A DNA stretch of 64,000 bases from Podarcis filfolensis (GCA_964270895.1 OZ185436.1); one strand, 5' to 3'. Positions 32,901-47,677 are shown, counted from the stretch's first letter. Made by a program: numbers and translations. The notes: a model not told the origin generated them from the sequence alone.

Positions 32901-35900
32901 CAGAAACAAAAGCAATAATCATAGTAACATTAAAAATACAAAAAAGCAGTAGATATAAAACCAGTTAAAATCCTGGACAATCTTTTTTTTTTTTTAATGT
33001 CTAAAACATGACTCTCCGGGTATCTATGACAGATGGCAATCCAAATTCTGCTTTAAAACTTCCAAGGAAAGAGAGTCCACAACCTCCCGAGGGAGACTTG
33101 TCAGTTTATTAGAGATCAGAGTAAGTTTAGAAAATGGAACTGTTTGCTCTTGTCCCCCCTCCCCCCATGCCGTGGATGAACTAGTGTGTTGCAATGAGGG
33201 AGATACGGTGTGGGATAAGGTCAGTTGAACTGGAGTACTGAAGATCATTTTACTGCAGAAGAAGATTTTTTTGTTTTCTGTCATTTTGTGCAGGCTACCT
33301 CCCCACTGAGGACGTCACTTCCTTATGCCTTAGACTAGAGATAATGACTGTAACCCTTGTTCGTCAGCAGCATTTATCACATAGCTGCTCCTAGAAAACT
33401 TTGACCCGTTTTTTGTTTTTAGCTTCTCTGGCTTAGAGGGTTGACCGCACATGCTCTTAGGCTGGCAGTGACCCTTTACCAAAAGAGTGGGTCTGCCCCT
33501 CACTTTGTCTGACTGGCTATTCCCTAGGTCAGGGGTGGATAATGAGTGGCCCTTCAGGCAGAGTTGGGCTCCGGCTTACATCAGCCCCAGCCAGCATAGC
33601 TAGAGTAGTCCAACAGTATCTAGATGGAGCACAGTTTCCCCATCCATGGTCTACAGCAGTGAGAACAAACTTTGGCCTGTAGGTCTGCCAGTCCCCTCCA
33701 TCTCTCCATTTGGCCTTGGAGACTGTGATCCACCTCCACCCACCCAGATTTGTTTGCTCAGACATCACCAGAGCAGTGTAGGTTCCAGGCAGAGGTAATC
33801 AACCACCACACTGTGCCTGTAATGTATGAATCAGCCCTTAGTGAATCTTGCTTAAAAACTACCTATATCTGGTGAGCAGTGCTGGAGCACAACAAAGATG
33901 TATTGACATTGCAGTTCTGGGCATTGTTGGCTCTCCACCTGCCAGTCCTCTGTAGAGAGCAGTCAGGCTCATGATTTGTTATCTTTATTGCTAGTAAACT
34001 ATCTGTAGTGAGCCTTGCTTCTCTCCCACTGATGACCCCAAAGTATAACTTTTGAAGAAGTGTGAACACCTGCAGTTCTTGGTTCAGCATCAAGGCTCTT
34101 GGTAGGTTTAAAAAAAAAAAATAGTTACCAACTGAACACTTAATGAGGGAGAATGCAGAGTGTGTTCCAATTAGAGAGAAGCGCCTGTTTAATTTCCTGA
34201 TGACTGATGCGCCTTACTTTTGTCCCATTCATAAGTGGAAATGTCGTGTTAGGGGACTCATCCGATCACTTTAAAACATTTCAGACCCAGATTTTGAATA
34301 AAATGTTTTCAAAGTATGGTGTGTGCTTAAAACAGCAATAAAGCAGCAATTAAGCACTACAGTGGTACCGTATTTTTCGCTCTATAAGACGCACCCAACC
34401 ATAAGACGCACCTAGTTTTAGAGGAGAACAAGAAAAAAAATATTCTCTCCCTCTCTGCGCAGCGCCTCTCCAGAAAAGCGGGAGGAGAAACGGAAGGGGC
34501 TATCCCTGAAGCCAGGAGAGCAAGAGGGATCGGTGTGCACCGATCCCTCTTGCTCTCCTGGCTTCAGCGAGAGCTGTGCAGCCTACATTCACTCCATAAG
34601 ACACATACACACATTTCCTCTTACTTTTTAGGAGGGGGAAAGTGTGTCTTATAGAGCGAAAAATGCAGTAATTCATTCTGGAGGTCTGTTCTTAACTTGA
34701 AACTATTCATAACCTGAAGCACCACTTTAGCTAATGGGGCCTCCTGCTGCTGCCATGCCGCCGGAGCACGATTTCTGTTCTTATCCTGAAGCAAAGTTCT
34801 TAACCTGAGGTACTTTTTCTGGGTATTGGAGTCTGTAACCTGAAGCGTATGTAACTCGAGGTACCATTGTATTTTCCACTGGCAGCAAACTCTTCCAAAC
34901 CACCTGGTGTCTAAATGATGTTAAATATGACACAAGCTGAGCTGATAAGGGGCGAAATTGCCATACTTGAAGCACCAGCACTGAAAAGGTCCAGCCCCTG
35001 GTAGATGCCGCCCCACTTCCCTGGTTCACCTGGCATATCCATATGGGAGTAGGCCATTTTCTTAAATACCCTGGTCTCAGACAGTCTGAAATGAGGAAGG
35101 CAGTTGCTTTGTTGGCAAAGCATATGCTCTTCATGCAAAAGATCCCAGGTTCAGTCCACAGGTTGAGCTGAGAAAAAGACCTGTCTTGAGAGCTTTTCCC
35201 AGCTAGTATATGTAGATAGCTAGATGGAGCCATGGTCTGATACTATTCAGGGCAGACGCCTATGTTCCTACTCACTCCACATCTTTCCCCTGCACCTCCG
35301 AAACCTGGAAGCTAACTGCTCCACCAGGTTAGGGGTACAGTTCTTCTACTGCCTTCAAAACTGCTGCGCAGAGGGCTCCCCCACAGGGCATGTGAATCCA
35401 CTTTGTCTTGCGTGGACAGTAAAGTTAAACTCTGCTTATTGAAAGTCACAGAAGATGTCTACACTGGGGCAGTCAGAGGCATTGCTTATCACTCTCCAGC
35501 CCAGGAGTCAGCCAGTTATTCTAATTGCATCTAGTAGTTGCTCGGTGCTAATTCAGAGCTTTTCTTCACCTTTCAGAGATCTTGAACGATGTCATCCGCA
35601 GCATGAAAAAGGAAGGAGAATGGAAGGTAAAAATGGTTGCTGCAGCTCAGAGCACTGCATGTGTGGGGTGAGCTACACATAGTCTGACTACAGGGTTCAT
35701 GTTGCCTACAGATCAGTGATCTCTCAGCCTACTAATAAAAATTACATCATTTCTACTGGGCACTGCAAAGTTGCTTAATTCAGTCAGACCATTGCTGTCC
35801 ACACTTAATCTGCAATGTAGCAAGTGTGTCGTTATTATTTGGGCCATGTGTTCACTGTGTCTTCCGTGGCAATTACCATTCCTAGAACTCCCCATAACTT

Positions 35901-37265
35901 TTGCTGTCATAAGAGGGTGCATTACCAGGTCAGCCATGAAATTACTGGCTGTCAACAGACCAAAGAGGTTATTGGAATAAGCTTTGCTCCACTGGTTCTC
36001 CAAGGGCTTGTCGTGACTTCTGTAGAGCTGACTTCTAATTCTTTTCTGATTTCTTCCTCCAGAAAGGGAAAGTATTGGATCTCTCAGTTGCCCCTGTAGA
36101 CTGCAAATATGACTGAGAGAAAGAAAGAGATCCCTTTTTGCTGTGTCTGATTATGTGCTGCAGCAGCTGAAAATCTTGTAAGGGTTAGAAAGCAGACGTG
36201 GGAGTTACCCCCTCCCCACACCACAAACATCAGGAAGCTGATTTGTGAGACTCAGTGCATCCTGAATTGATATGTTTTGTAGAGCTTTCTTTGGTACAAG
36301 TGAAAAGGTCTTTAGCACCTAGAACAGAGATGGGGAACCCATGCGTTCCATATATTATTGGACCCCAACTCCCATCATCCCCAGCCATGCTGGCTGCAAT
36401 TAATGGGATCTTGAGTCCAATCCCTTTTGGAGAGCTACTAGTTCCCCATCTCTACCCTAGAAAACCATCTGATGCTCCCATAATCCTGAATGTAAGAGCT
36501 GGTGGGGATTCTGCATAAGGTTAATTCACTAAATTGTCCTCTTTGGAATGCTTTAGCCAGCAGACCTTTTTACAAGCAAAATCTATCTCCAGCAGTCCAC
36601 AGTGGATACTCCCAACTCCATCCCAGAATATGTAAGAATTGAAAGTTTTCCATGCTCATTTCTAGAAAGAAAGCAGAGTCTTAATAGCTTAGAATGGACA
36701 GGATAGGTGGGTTGATAATTCTAGAGCACAGGAAGAAATGGAATGGAGCAAAAATGAACTTGTTGATTCTGCCATGCTGCCTTTTTAGTGGTGTGATTAT
36801 TATTTGGATTTTTTAAAAAATCTCTTTTCTCAGTTAAAAATGGCTTCCTTGTGGACCACCAGATTTGTGTTCACTCCCATCGTTCTTCCCCTCTTTGTCC
36901 CTGCAGGTACTTGTTATGGATCATCCGAGCACCCGCATTCTCTCATCTTGTTTTAAGATGTCAGACCTTTTGGCTGAAGGAATCACAAGTGAGTACTTGA
37001 GCAAGAGCCTTGTATGTTCTGTTTTAATCCTGTTTTAATCAGAGGCTTACACTACTTTGAGAAATGCCCCTATCCTCTCTCTGGCACTGACACCTCCCTT
37101 CCATTCCAATGAATTATATGTGTATCAGTTGAAAGTAAGGTGGATCTGCAAGTTGCTGCATAGTGTAATCCTGGAACAAAATAGAAACCTGCTCCTCTAG
37201 GCACCTTCATGCTTTTAGTCAAGTCAGTGAATCTGGTGTCGTCGTTCTCCTTCCTTCCTTCCTTC

Positions 37266-37296
<31 letters not shown>

Positions 37297-40200
37297 TCCC
37301 TTCCAAAATTCAGACATCTCAAATACATTTCCTCTCTCCAGTTATTGAAGACATTAACAAGCGCAGAGAGCCCCTCCCCAGCCTGGAAGCAATCTACTTG
37401 ATCAGCCCCATTGAGACGGTAGGTCCTTAATCTCTGCATACTTGGGCAGACACTGAATTGGTGAGATTCTCCAGATGCCACTTGATAGAGGGGGAATCCC
37501 ACAATAGTCACCCAGTTCCTTATTTCAACATGTGGCATGCTGGAGGCCCTTAGGAAGGGAGGAAGTTGGTGGGAAGAACTGTGGGCAAGTGGGGCAGGTG
37601 TCATTGGCTGGCTGCCGCTGTTTCCTGAAGCCCTATTATCCCCATAGGCCAGGAAATCTGCTCTTCCCATAAATCTCTCCAATTTAAGTATTCCTGGTAT
37701 GGCTGGAGTATCCCTGTTTGTGAAACCAAGGTGAGGGAAGCTAGCGGTGGAAGCTCAAATGCAGATATAGCTGTTGCTAACAATCCATTTTCCTTCTGCA
37801 GTCTGTGCATGCTCTGATAAACGACTTCAAATCCACTCCTACCTTCACCTATAAGGCTGCCCACGTCTTCTTCACTGACAGTAAGTTCAGGGCCTGCTCC
37901 TAATCAAACAGGAAGGCAGGTCAAGGCTTGTTCTGGGAAGGGAGAGAGATGAGCAGATGGTGGGATAGAGGAACACACCATAATCCTACTGAGAGATCCC
38001 GTGGCATTTCCAGTCATCGAGGGCATTCCTGGCCTACCTGAAGGCCTTCCTGCCACAAATTCCACTTGTACCTGTAGGTTTTGGACTGTGCTCCGAAGCA
38101 CATACTGTTACTTGACATATTATCAACAGGGTTCAATGTGTTTTGGCCCCAGTGAGCATGTGCATTTTAGAAAACTCCAAAAGTATGTCCCTGAGCCTCC
38201 CGTGTCACATGGCTTGGAGAGTAGTTGATGCTTCTGCTTGAAGAGAAGTATCTGTCCTTCTCAGTGCCCTGTTTGTGAGCTTCTTGGAACTTCCCATGAG
38301 TTTTCTTGTCATCATTGGGGAGAAGTAAAGGAAGACGCTGACCAGCACTGCTCAGGGTGGCCTCCAGTTCTGGGCCCACATGTCACACTGCAACCCTTTG
38401 TTTTCCCACCTTGGTAGCTGTCGGAGTGGGGTGGGGGGGCTATTACCTAAGGAAACTTGCTGTGCAGTTAGTTTGGTGAGGGGAATGGGGAAGATCAGAG
38501 TAATTCCTGCCTCCTCCTCCTTGACTTTCAGCCTGCCCCGAGAACCTCTTCAATGAACTCAGCAAGTCGAGAATCACCAAAGCCATCAAAACACTGAAGG
38601 AAATAAATGTTGCTTTCCTTCCCTATGAATCACAGGTGAGGAGAGGGATGAGCAGAGGGTGGACTAGAATCGCTTGCAAATGGAGGGGCAGCGGCTCTGT
38701 CATTGTAACGTTTTGCATGAGGGATGTTGCCATTGTTAAGAACATATGGCACCACGGGCAGGAATTCTTGTGTGGGAGCTTTCTGCAGTGGCTGTACAAA
38801 ATTTGAGGTGGCAGCCTTGCAGTTGAGATTTCTTGAGGTGTGTAATGTATATCCCACAGACCTCCCTCAGGAGTTAATACTGTGGCCACATCTTAGTAGC
38901 TGGGAAGGAACAATCCAGCTGGGTAAATCAGACTTACCCAACCTGGTGTGCTGCATTTGTCCTGGGACTACAGTTCCTATCATCCCTGACCATTGCCCAT
39001 GCTAGCTGGGACTGAAGGGAGTTGGATTCCAACAACATGTGGAGGGCACCAGGTTGGGGAAGGATGGAAGAAGCCATATGTGCTTAAAGTTGAGGACCGA
39101 TTGTAGCTTGGATTCCTCCATGTGGCTGGATGCATGCTGTGCCTGCTCCAATAATGGAAGCTTAGCTGCTAAGTAATTGCAGAAAAAGTATCAGACTGTC
39201 ACTTAAGCGACCATTTCAGATAGTAGAGACTAGCAAGAGAATTTATATTTTAATTATTCTGCCAAACTGTTGAGAACAGCATCTTGCCTAATAATGCCGG
39301 TCAAGTATACCTCTGGTGTTCACTTCTGCTGCAAGTGAATCATCTCATAGTTCATTCTCAGTATTGGGGTGCAGGACTAGATTTGGGTGGATAGGTGGAT
39401 TAACAGGCAACTCGTATAAACTTTTCTATATTTTTTTAAACTATAGCTATATTATTAAAAGGTTAACTAGAAGTTAAAAGTTTGCAAAGAAAAGGGAACT
39501 GAGGTTTAGCAATTACTCCTCACCTTTCATCAAATTGTCTTGCAGCTGCTATAAGCTTAATATGCTCTCATCACCTCAAGCAAGTTGCCAGATGAGTCTG
39601 TCTTGTGCTAGATAGTCCCTGTACAAGGTGATGAATGAGCTTGAGGGAAGGATGCCAATTGGAGGCCTGTATAGGTCCAGGACCTATTACAGCACTTCAA
39701 AGGCTTCAGAGAACCAAGAACCCAGCAACTTTTAATGACCTTAAAAGTGTTGCATGTTCAGAGTTCACAAATAACCATTAGCTCTTGCCCCAGTGATGAT
39801 CGTGTGATGTCCTGGATTATGAGATTATGATGAGATGGATTTTAAGATACAGGTTGCCCTGTCATGTTTGCACCCATTGACATACAGCGTAGGAGGTGAT
39901 GTTTTCAAACACAGTAATCCAGGGAGAGGCTGTTTTCAGAAAAATATTTCTTGGGAAATGGTGACTTCTGTGATTTTTCTGGCAGATTGTTGTGAAAGAC
40001 CATTGCTAGAGCACGGTGTAGGTTCCCGGTGGCTTCCTAACAGACCACTAGTGTATTATTCCCTTTCTCCCATTTTTTCTCTTTCTAGGTGTACACCCTG
40101 GACAGCCCGCAGAGCTTTCACCATCTCTTTAGCCCTTACTGCAGGGAGGATAAGAACAATCACTTAGAAAGGATGGCAGAGCAAATTGCCACGTTATGTG

Positions 40201-43200
40201 ATACCCTCAAGGAGTATCCTTCGATTCGCTACAGGAAGTCAGTACCACTGCATACTGAGGAGTGGGAGGGAGGGGATGGGGAACGTGCGATACCAAGAGG
40301 ATGTGGACAGAAGCATAGCAGGCCATAATGCTTTGCAGAGAAGTTGGTGGGGGTCTTATATTAGGAGTTACAATGAGAGATAACCCAACTATTCATTACA
40401 CCAGCTTTTCCTGGCATCCTGTTCTCCTGAGGTTTTAGAGTACACTCCCATCAGCACAGTACTCCAAAACATCAGAAGAGCACCAGGTTGGGGAAAGCTG
40501 CGTTATGGCGTGAGGAAGTGTCCTGCAACTTATTGTTGGAATGGTAAAGAATCCTTGGCCACCTGCTCCGGATGGGGGTTCACTGCCAGGTGCCTGTTCT
40601 ACTACAGAAAGAGGGGGTGAGAACCAGGGTGCTTATCTGTTGAGGAAATAACTGGCTCAAGACCTCGCCTTGTTCCCATATCCAGTGCAGGAAGCAGTGC
40701 TCCTCAATAGCCTTACCCTCTTGATGTTTTGTTGTAGCGGCTCTGAAGAATGCTGCCTGTTGGCCCATGCAGTGTTGGCAAAACTGAATGCCTTCAAAGC
40801 GGACAACCCCACTATGGGAGAGGTGAGTGATCCCAGCATTTTTGCCACAGCCTGTGGAGCTAGAGCAAGAGGCTGAGGCAGTGGGAGGTCAGCTGCTCTG
40901 ATACAATTTCAGAAAGCCCTGCAGCATTTCACTAGAAGAGCATGAGTATGATGACTTGAGGAGAGATCTGGGGAAACTCCCTTGAAGTGCAGGAGAATGC
41001 AGAAGTGACCTTCCTCCATGCAGAGATGAAAAACAACCTGGGCCGTGCCTAAGCTGGGGCAGGGTGGCTGATGGCTGGCCTTCAGCTTTGTGACTAATTC
41101 ACGGGTGGACAATTGGGTGTGAAGCCTGACCACTCCACTGCCTTCCTCTCCTCCAGGCCCTGCCCTTGATGGCTAGCATGTTCCATTTAACTGGATGCCA
41201 GGTGTCTTGCCAAACACCCACAAGATGTGCTCTTGCAGAGGCTGCCTGTGAGAGTTTAGATATGTACTAAGAACCAAAGTAGATGGGCACAAAGTTCCCC
41301 ATCATTTTATTTCCGTTTGTTATTAAAACTAAAACACAGCAGGGGGAGGCTGTGAATTTTATCACAACAGGGGCTGTGTGTGTACAAGTGCATGGGTGCT
41401 TTAGCTCCTTCCCCACGGGCCGTCTTTCTTCACTGCTCTCCACAACCTTGTTTTTTTCTCATGAGTGAAAAAGACACTAAGGAGACATGTGTATGATGAT
41501 CCCAAAAAATGGTCTACGGGGAAAGGGTTAAAGCACACACAGTTGCACAAGTGTATACACAAAGTGCTGCTCTGATCAGGCCTCCCGCTGCCGTATTTCA
41601 TTTCAAAAAAAGGTGAACGAAGCAAAATACCTAGAGAGATGGTTCACATGTTTCCCTCATCCATCGTTTAGTTTGGCACGGAAATGTTCCATTTTAGGGA
41701 ACCTCACTGTTGGAAGGCTAAGATGTCCTGTGCAAGACGACTTCCGAACAGGGCATTTCCCTCTGGCTTTGAGTCCCATTTCTTTCTGGTGTTGCTGCAG
41801 TAGTTCTAGGCCAGGGTGCCCTCTAGATGATGATGGACTACAATTCCCATCATCCCTGGTGGTTGGGCTGTGCTGGCTAGGACTGATGGGAATTAGAGAC
41901 CAGAACACCATGTTGGCTCTCTTGCAATGATATTCGAATCCCCATTTATAAAGAAAGGGGGCAGACCAGGACTGGTCTAGCTTGCTGGAAATAGTTGTTT
42001 TCCACAGGTATGTCAGGGAATGTTATGTTAGCAGGAATTAGGGCTAACTTATTCATGTTCTGGGGATTTCAAAATTGTGTGCATAAGAGGGAAAGGGACT
42101 TTTGGCTCACTTCCAGCTGATGTCACAGAAATCATCTATTATGTTCCCATGGCATTGATGGAGCCACCACCTCCAGCCCAAAGGATGTGCTACTGAAGTG
42201 CTAGTTGCAGGGAACAATTTGCTTTGAAGCAGCTTTGCCCTCAAACAATAATTATCTCACCAGGCAGGGAACAAGAGGTACTGCCCACAATCAGCAATAG
42301 TTCTACCGTTTTGGGAAGACTGAGGGTAGCCTTGACAGTGTGGCTTCTGAAGGAGGTGTGACCACAGCAAAGGTACTGCAAGTGCCTTTAACCCAGAGGG
42401 TGCCCTTCAGGTGTTATTGGACTGCCAACTCTTATCAGGTCCAGCCAGTGGGCAGTGATGTTAGGAATTACAGTCCAACAACACCTGGGGAACACAACGT
42501 GGGCTACCCTTGCTCTGTTATCTTCCTTGTCTGCAGCATTCTTTGATTCATCTGAAAAGAGCCATCTATAGGACACTGCTGTGTGTTTGTGTGGCCACCT
42601 CCTGGCATAGGAATGTACTGCACAAATATGTAAAGGCACATTCCTGTGCTCATTCTGACTAGGCTTGAACATTGCTGGGAAATGAGACTTAGTGCTGGGA
42701 TTTTAAAGCCTGGCTTGGGCTGCAATTTTGGATAGTTTGTTTTTAGCCCCCAAGCTGCTGTTGCCGCTGCATTCATAGAGATATTTTTTCCTGCCCTCAA
42801 GGCATCCTAAATACTTTGGAATGCAGTGTCTCCTTTTTGAACTTGCAAATTTGGCCTCATCCAAGCTGACTTCTAGTAGCTATCTGTGAAAGGATTTATA
42901 GGCAGTCCCTGTTGTCCAAGCAAACCCTAAATAACTTTTGTAAAAGAGCACCAGAGGCAGAATTTCTACCCCAGATAACAGGTAGGTCTGTGGCTCACAG
43001 TGACGGCTTCTTTCCTTTGCAGCGTGCACAGCCTGACATGTTTTGAGTCATCTCTGCACTAATGGGATTGTGCACTGCCAATTGGGAAGGGATTTGGTAC
43101 ATTTTAATAATTGCATTTCTGACCATGCCCTCTGCCCTGAGCTTGCTGGAGAGGTTGCACGCAACTGGTAGCTAGTGCAGCAGGCAGGTTTACGGGGGGG

Positions 43201-46200
43201 GGGAGGAAGGAGGCGCGAGGCCCAGGGAACTGGAGCACACAGCCTTTCCTTCTGGGCTGCTTGGTGCTGGCCTCAAATGGCAGCTAATCTCTCTCCTCGC
43301 CTTCCCTCTTCCACTCTTCTCAGGGTCCTGACAAATCTCGCTCTCAGCTTTTGATTGTAGACCGCAGCTGTGACCTGGTATCGCCGCTTCTCCATGAGCT
43401 CACCTTGCAGGCCATGGCTTATGACCTGCTCACCATTGAGAATGATACATATAGGTGAGGTCTGGTGGTGGTGGTGGCAAGAGCGCAAAGGTAGAAATCC
43501 CTGGAGGGGGAGAATGCCTTTTTGCTCAGGTAGCAGCCATGTGTGTCTTACCAAAGCCTTTTCCCCCTCTTGCCTTTCCTCAACCCTGCCAGGTATGAAT
43601 CCACAGGCATCAGCGACTCACGAGAAAAAGTGGTACTGCTGGATGAGGACGATGACCTGTGGGTGGATCTGCGCCATATGCATATTGCTGACGTCTCCAA
43701 GTGAGAACTTGTTTGTGTTTGCACGCAAACACACATACGCGCTCTGCTTCCCGGTTGCTGGAAGTAACCTATCCCTGATGTGTCTGAATCAATTATTTTG
43801 ATAGCTGTTGCCTCACTTCCCAGGTCCACTTGGGTTACAACTTATGTCTACAGCCAGACTGAATCAGGTGGTAATAGCAAATACAGTCTTCCTACACCGG
43901 CACTGCTGCTGCCCCTAATATTAACATCCCTTCTGCTGTGGGGAGCTCTGACTTTTGCAGCCTGCATGGAGCACTGCTGTTTATTGCAGAGGCTGAGAGT
44001 CAGATCTCTGCGAGTTGTTAGGAACATAGGTAGCTGCCTTATACTGAATCAGATCATTGGGTCCCTCTAGCTCTGTTGTCTACACTGATTGGCAGCAGCT
44101 CCCCAGGATTTCAGGTGGCGGTCTGTCCCAGTCCTTTCATGTTGGGGATTGACCTTGGGACCTTCTGCATGTGAAGCAGATGCCCTACCTCTGAGCTATG
44201 GCCCTTCTGCTTGCCTTCTGTTTGGCTGTAGCTCTTCAGAGAGCCCATTCCAGAGCAGGCCATGAATGTGACTTCCTTCCACAGGAAAGTGACTGAGCTC
44301 CTGCGGACCTTCTGTGAGAGCAAGAGACTCACTACAGACAAGGTAAGGCTGCTAGGCTGATGCCTATGTGTTACTCTTCTAGCTGTTCTTCCCCTGGGAA
44401 GTTCAGAGAGGCTCCCTGGCAGTGTCCCATCCAGCAACTTAGCAAGGTTGGAGATGCTTAGCTGAAACTCCCCACCACTTGAAGTTTCCATGTTCACTTT
44501 CATGGAGATCTCAAGTGTTGCTGGCTGGAAGCTCCAGGGTATGTGGGGTTGGGTAAGAGTTGACTGAGTTGGGATCCCCCAGCCTGCAGATCCTCTTAGT
44601 GTAGGGAAAGTTGTTTTTGGTCCATATCTCTGATGCCATCTGATCTTGGCATTGCTGGTCTCTCCATTTCCCTTTCTAGGCCAACATTAAAGACCTGTCT
44701 CAGATCCTGAAGAAGATGCCCCAGTACCAGAAAGAACTGCACAAGGTAACAGATGCAAGGCACCAGGACTGTCATTTTGCTTTGAATATTCTATTCTCAC
44801 CACCACCACCACCACCACCACCACCATCACCTTTCCATTCTCAGAGCACCTACCGCTCATGGAAGTAACAAACAGATTAAAAAAAAATCCAGAAACCATT
44901 CAGCAGCAGTTAGCAGGAATTAAAATACCAGAAGTATATCAGTTCATTTCCAAATTATTTTTAATTGCTTCTACCTGGCTTTGGAAGGCTAGGAGAGAGC
45001 AACTGGATGGCAGGGCCAACATGGAGCAGGGTCTCCCCAGAAGACCAAAGCATGGCAGCCTCACATGGAAGGAGAGGGTCCTTAAAAATACCTAAGATGT
45101 TTGCTTGAGGCTTCAGAGTTCAAAATCAGCACCTTGAGACTTACAGATATGCTGCTTGTTCTTTTAGAAGAACAGTATTTTTATATTTATTGGTTGGTTG
45201 GTTTGTTTATTGTTCTTACTAGTCACTTTTTAAAACAAAAAGTGGACTCAAAGCGACTTACAGTATAATGCAAACATTAAAACAAACATGAAACTAAATA
45301 CTGTAGAACCTAAAAGCTAGAAGCCTTCACTTACATAAAGAAGTGGTCTGTTGCATCCCATCCAGTAAAGGAGGCCCCAGAGATTGCTGCTTGCCCATTG
45401 AGGTTGCACTGTGAGGCAAGGAGAAGGGATGGTCAAAGACTGGCTGGCTGAGGAAGTAATCATTGTCCTACCCCTTCCCTCTGTTCCCCACCTCCTTCAC
45501 CCTGCAGTATTCCACACATCTGCACCTGGCAGAGGACTGCATGAATTCCTTCAAGGGCACAGTGGAGAGGTTGTGCGGCGTGGAGCAGGTGAGCATGTTA
45601 AAGAGTCTGGAGCAACGTAGGAGGGGCTGGATAGCCTTACCTCCCCCCCAACTTTGCTCACTCAGAGTTCAGGCCATGGACAGACACATCGAGCAATGGA
45701 CAATCTCCCCTTGCTTTCTTGAGTAATGCTGTCCTGTGATCTTGGGAGATGGCTCCATGAGAGCAGCCACGCAGAAGGGGATTGATGGATGTATTCCCTG
45801 CCTCCAGGACTTAGCCACGGGTACAGACGTTGACGGAGAGAAAATCAAAAATCCTATGAAGACTATTGTGCCGATTGTCCTGGACACCAATGTGGCTGCA
45901 TTGGATAAGATCCGCATCATCCTGCTCTGCATCCTCCTCCAGAACGGTACTCCCTTGTCCACTCCTTCTCCTCCCTTGCGTCGTTGCGGAGGCCTAGGGC
46001 AAAGGCCTGATCTGAGGAAAGGAAGGGCAGCTTTCATCTAGACTCAGGCCTGCCACCCAGCCGCTTTCCTCCCAAGACGTGGTTTGAGTTTTGCCACTGT
46101 TGCCTTGAGAAAAACTGAGACATGGGTTCATGGGACTATTGTTGGGGCTCTTTCCCAGCACAAGTGGGTGGGTCCATATATCTTATGTACAGCTGCTTGG

Positions 46201-47634
46201 GGCAGGTGCTGCCGTGACCCTGAGGGCCACGTCTAGCATCCTGGAGTTCTGTTTTTCTGAGCCGCGTTCTCTCTGCATAGGCATCAACGAGGAGAACCTC
46301 ACCAAGCTCATCCAGCATGCCAACATACAGCAGGACAGGGACATCCTCTACAACATGCACTGCCTGGGGGCCGCCATCATGCCAGAGGTATCTCAGTCCC
46401 ATTCTTTGTTGCAATCTCTGTGCAGGTGGCTTGTGGCTGGGCCAGCTTCCCCCAACCTGGTGCCCAATGTGGTGCCTTCTAGATGTTGTTGGACTCCAGA
46501 TTCCATCGGTGCCAGCCCATCTGGATGATGGGAGTGGTAGTCGGCAACGTCTGGAAAGCCCCAGTTGAAGGCTGGCCTAAGCTGTTATGGCTGGGTCAGG
46601 TTGTGCTTCTGCTGTTGCCGGTGTTTTTTGAGAGTTAAGGCAATTCTTAGTCTTTCAGGAAGTAACTTCTGGGTTTCCTGATAAGGTGGCTCTCCTGAGG
46701 GAGGGAAGCCCTTCCATCTGTCTGTCTGTCTGTCTGTCTGTCTGTCCATCTATCTCATTCTGCTTTGTTGTTTTTCTCTTTTGCCTCTTTGCCTGTCTCT
46801 TTGGCCAAAGCAGCTGGAGCCTGTTTGGTAAGCAGTTGCTCATTCCTGAATCTCTTTCCACTCCCCTCCTCCAGTGCAGTTGACTTTCAACTTTAATTTA
46901 TTTTGTTTCACTGATTCCTCACCTCACAGGACATTGGTGCACACATGAAACCTATAAGGAAAGTGCGACTGGAGCCCACCTACCAGCTCTCCCGGTGGAT
47001 TCCTTTTCTTAAGGATGTCATGGAGGTACACAGACAAGGGTCAGGGTGGGGGAAGGTCGCAAATGCTACAGGAAAGGAGAGGGTCTCTTTATGCCGCCTG
47101 TCCCAAAAGTCCTGGGGGATTTCACTGCAAAGAGCATCTCCCTTTGGAGGCAGAGCAGTTGTATAAGAGAGGCCCCTTTGGAGGTGAGGCTATCAAGATG
47201 TAGAGCACAGGGCAAAAAATCAAGGCCAGCCCAGCATGGATACCCTTCAACATTTCAAACAGTTTCATGCTCCCAGTTGGGCACTACAGTGCACATCCAG
47301 GAACATGGAATGTACCCTGGGAAAGGCAGGTATCTGTTCCTTTCTTTTCCCCTTCTGTCTCCCCAGACTGGGAACCAATTATGCAGATGGCTTGCATATC
47401 CTGTTCGGTCCCTCTAGAGCAGCAAGAGAGCTGCCCATTTTGGTGGGGTTCACTTGATTCCCCCCACAAAAGAGTAGTACCAACTGAAAGCATTCTAAGG
47501 CAGGGCCTATGGTGCAGTCTCTCCATATTAGTCACCTGGACCTGTTTTGCCCTTCCTTGGGACTGCCATGAGTAACACGTTTACAGTGTGCTAGGTCCTT
47601 GCCGTCTCCCATTCCTTCCCCACTTCTGGTCTGA

Positions 47635-47677
<43 letters not shown>

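Noticed and set aside
41493-41575. Possible C/D-box snoRNA (ATGATGA...CTGA) in STXBP2 intron 8
   Set aside because: No terminal stem and no recognisable rRNA-complementary guide. Such box pairs occur by chance.
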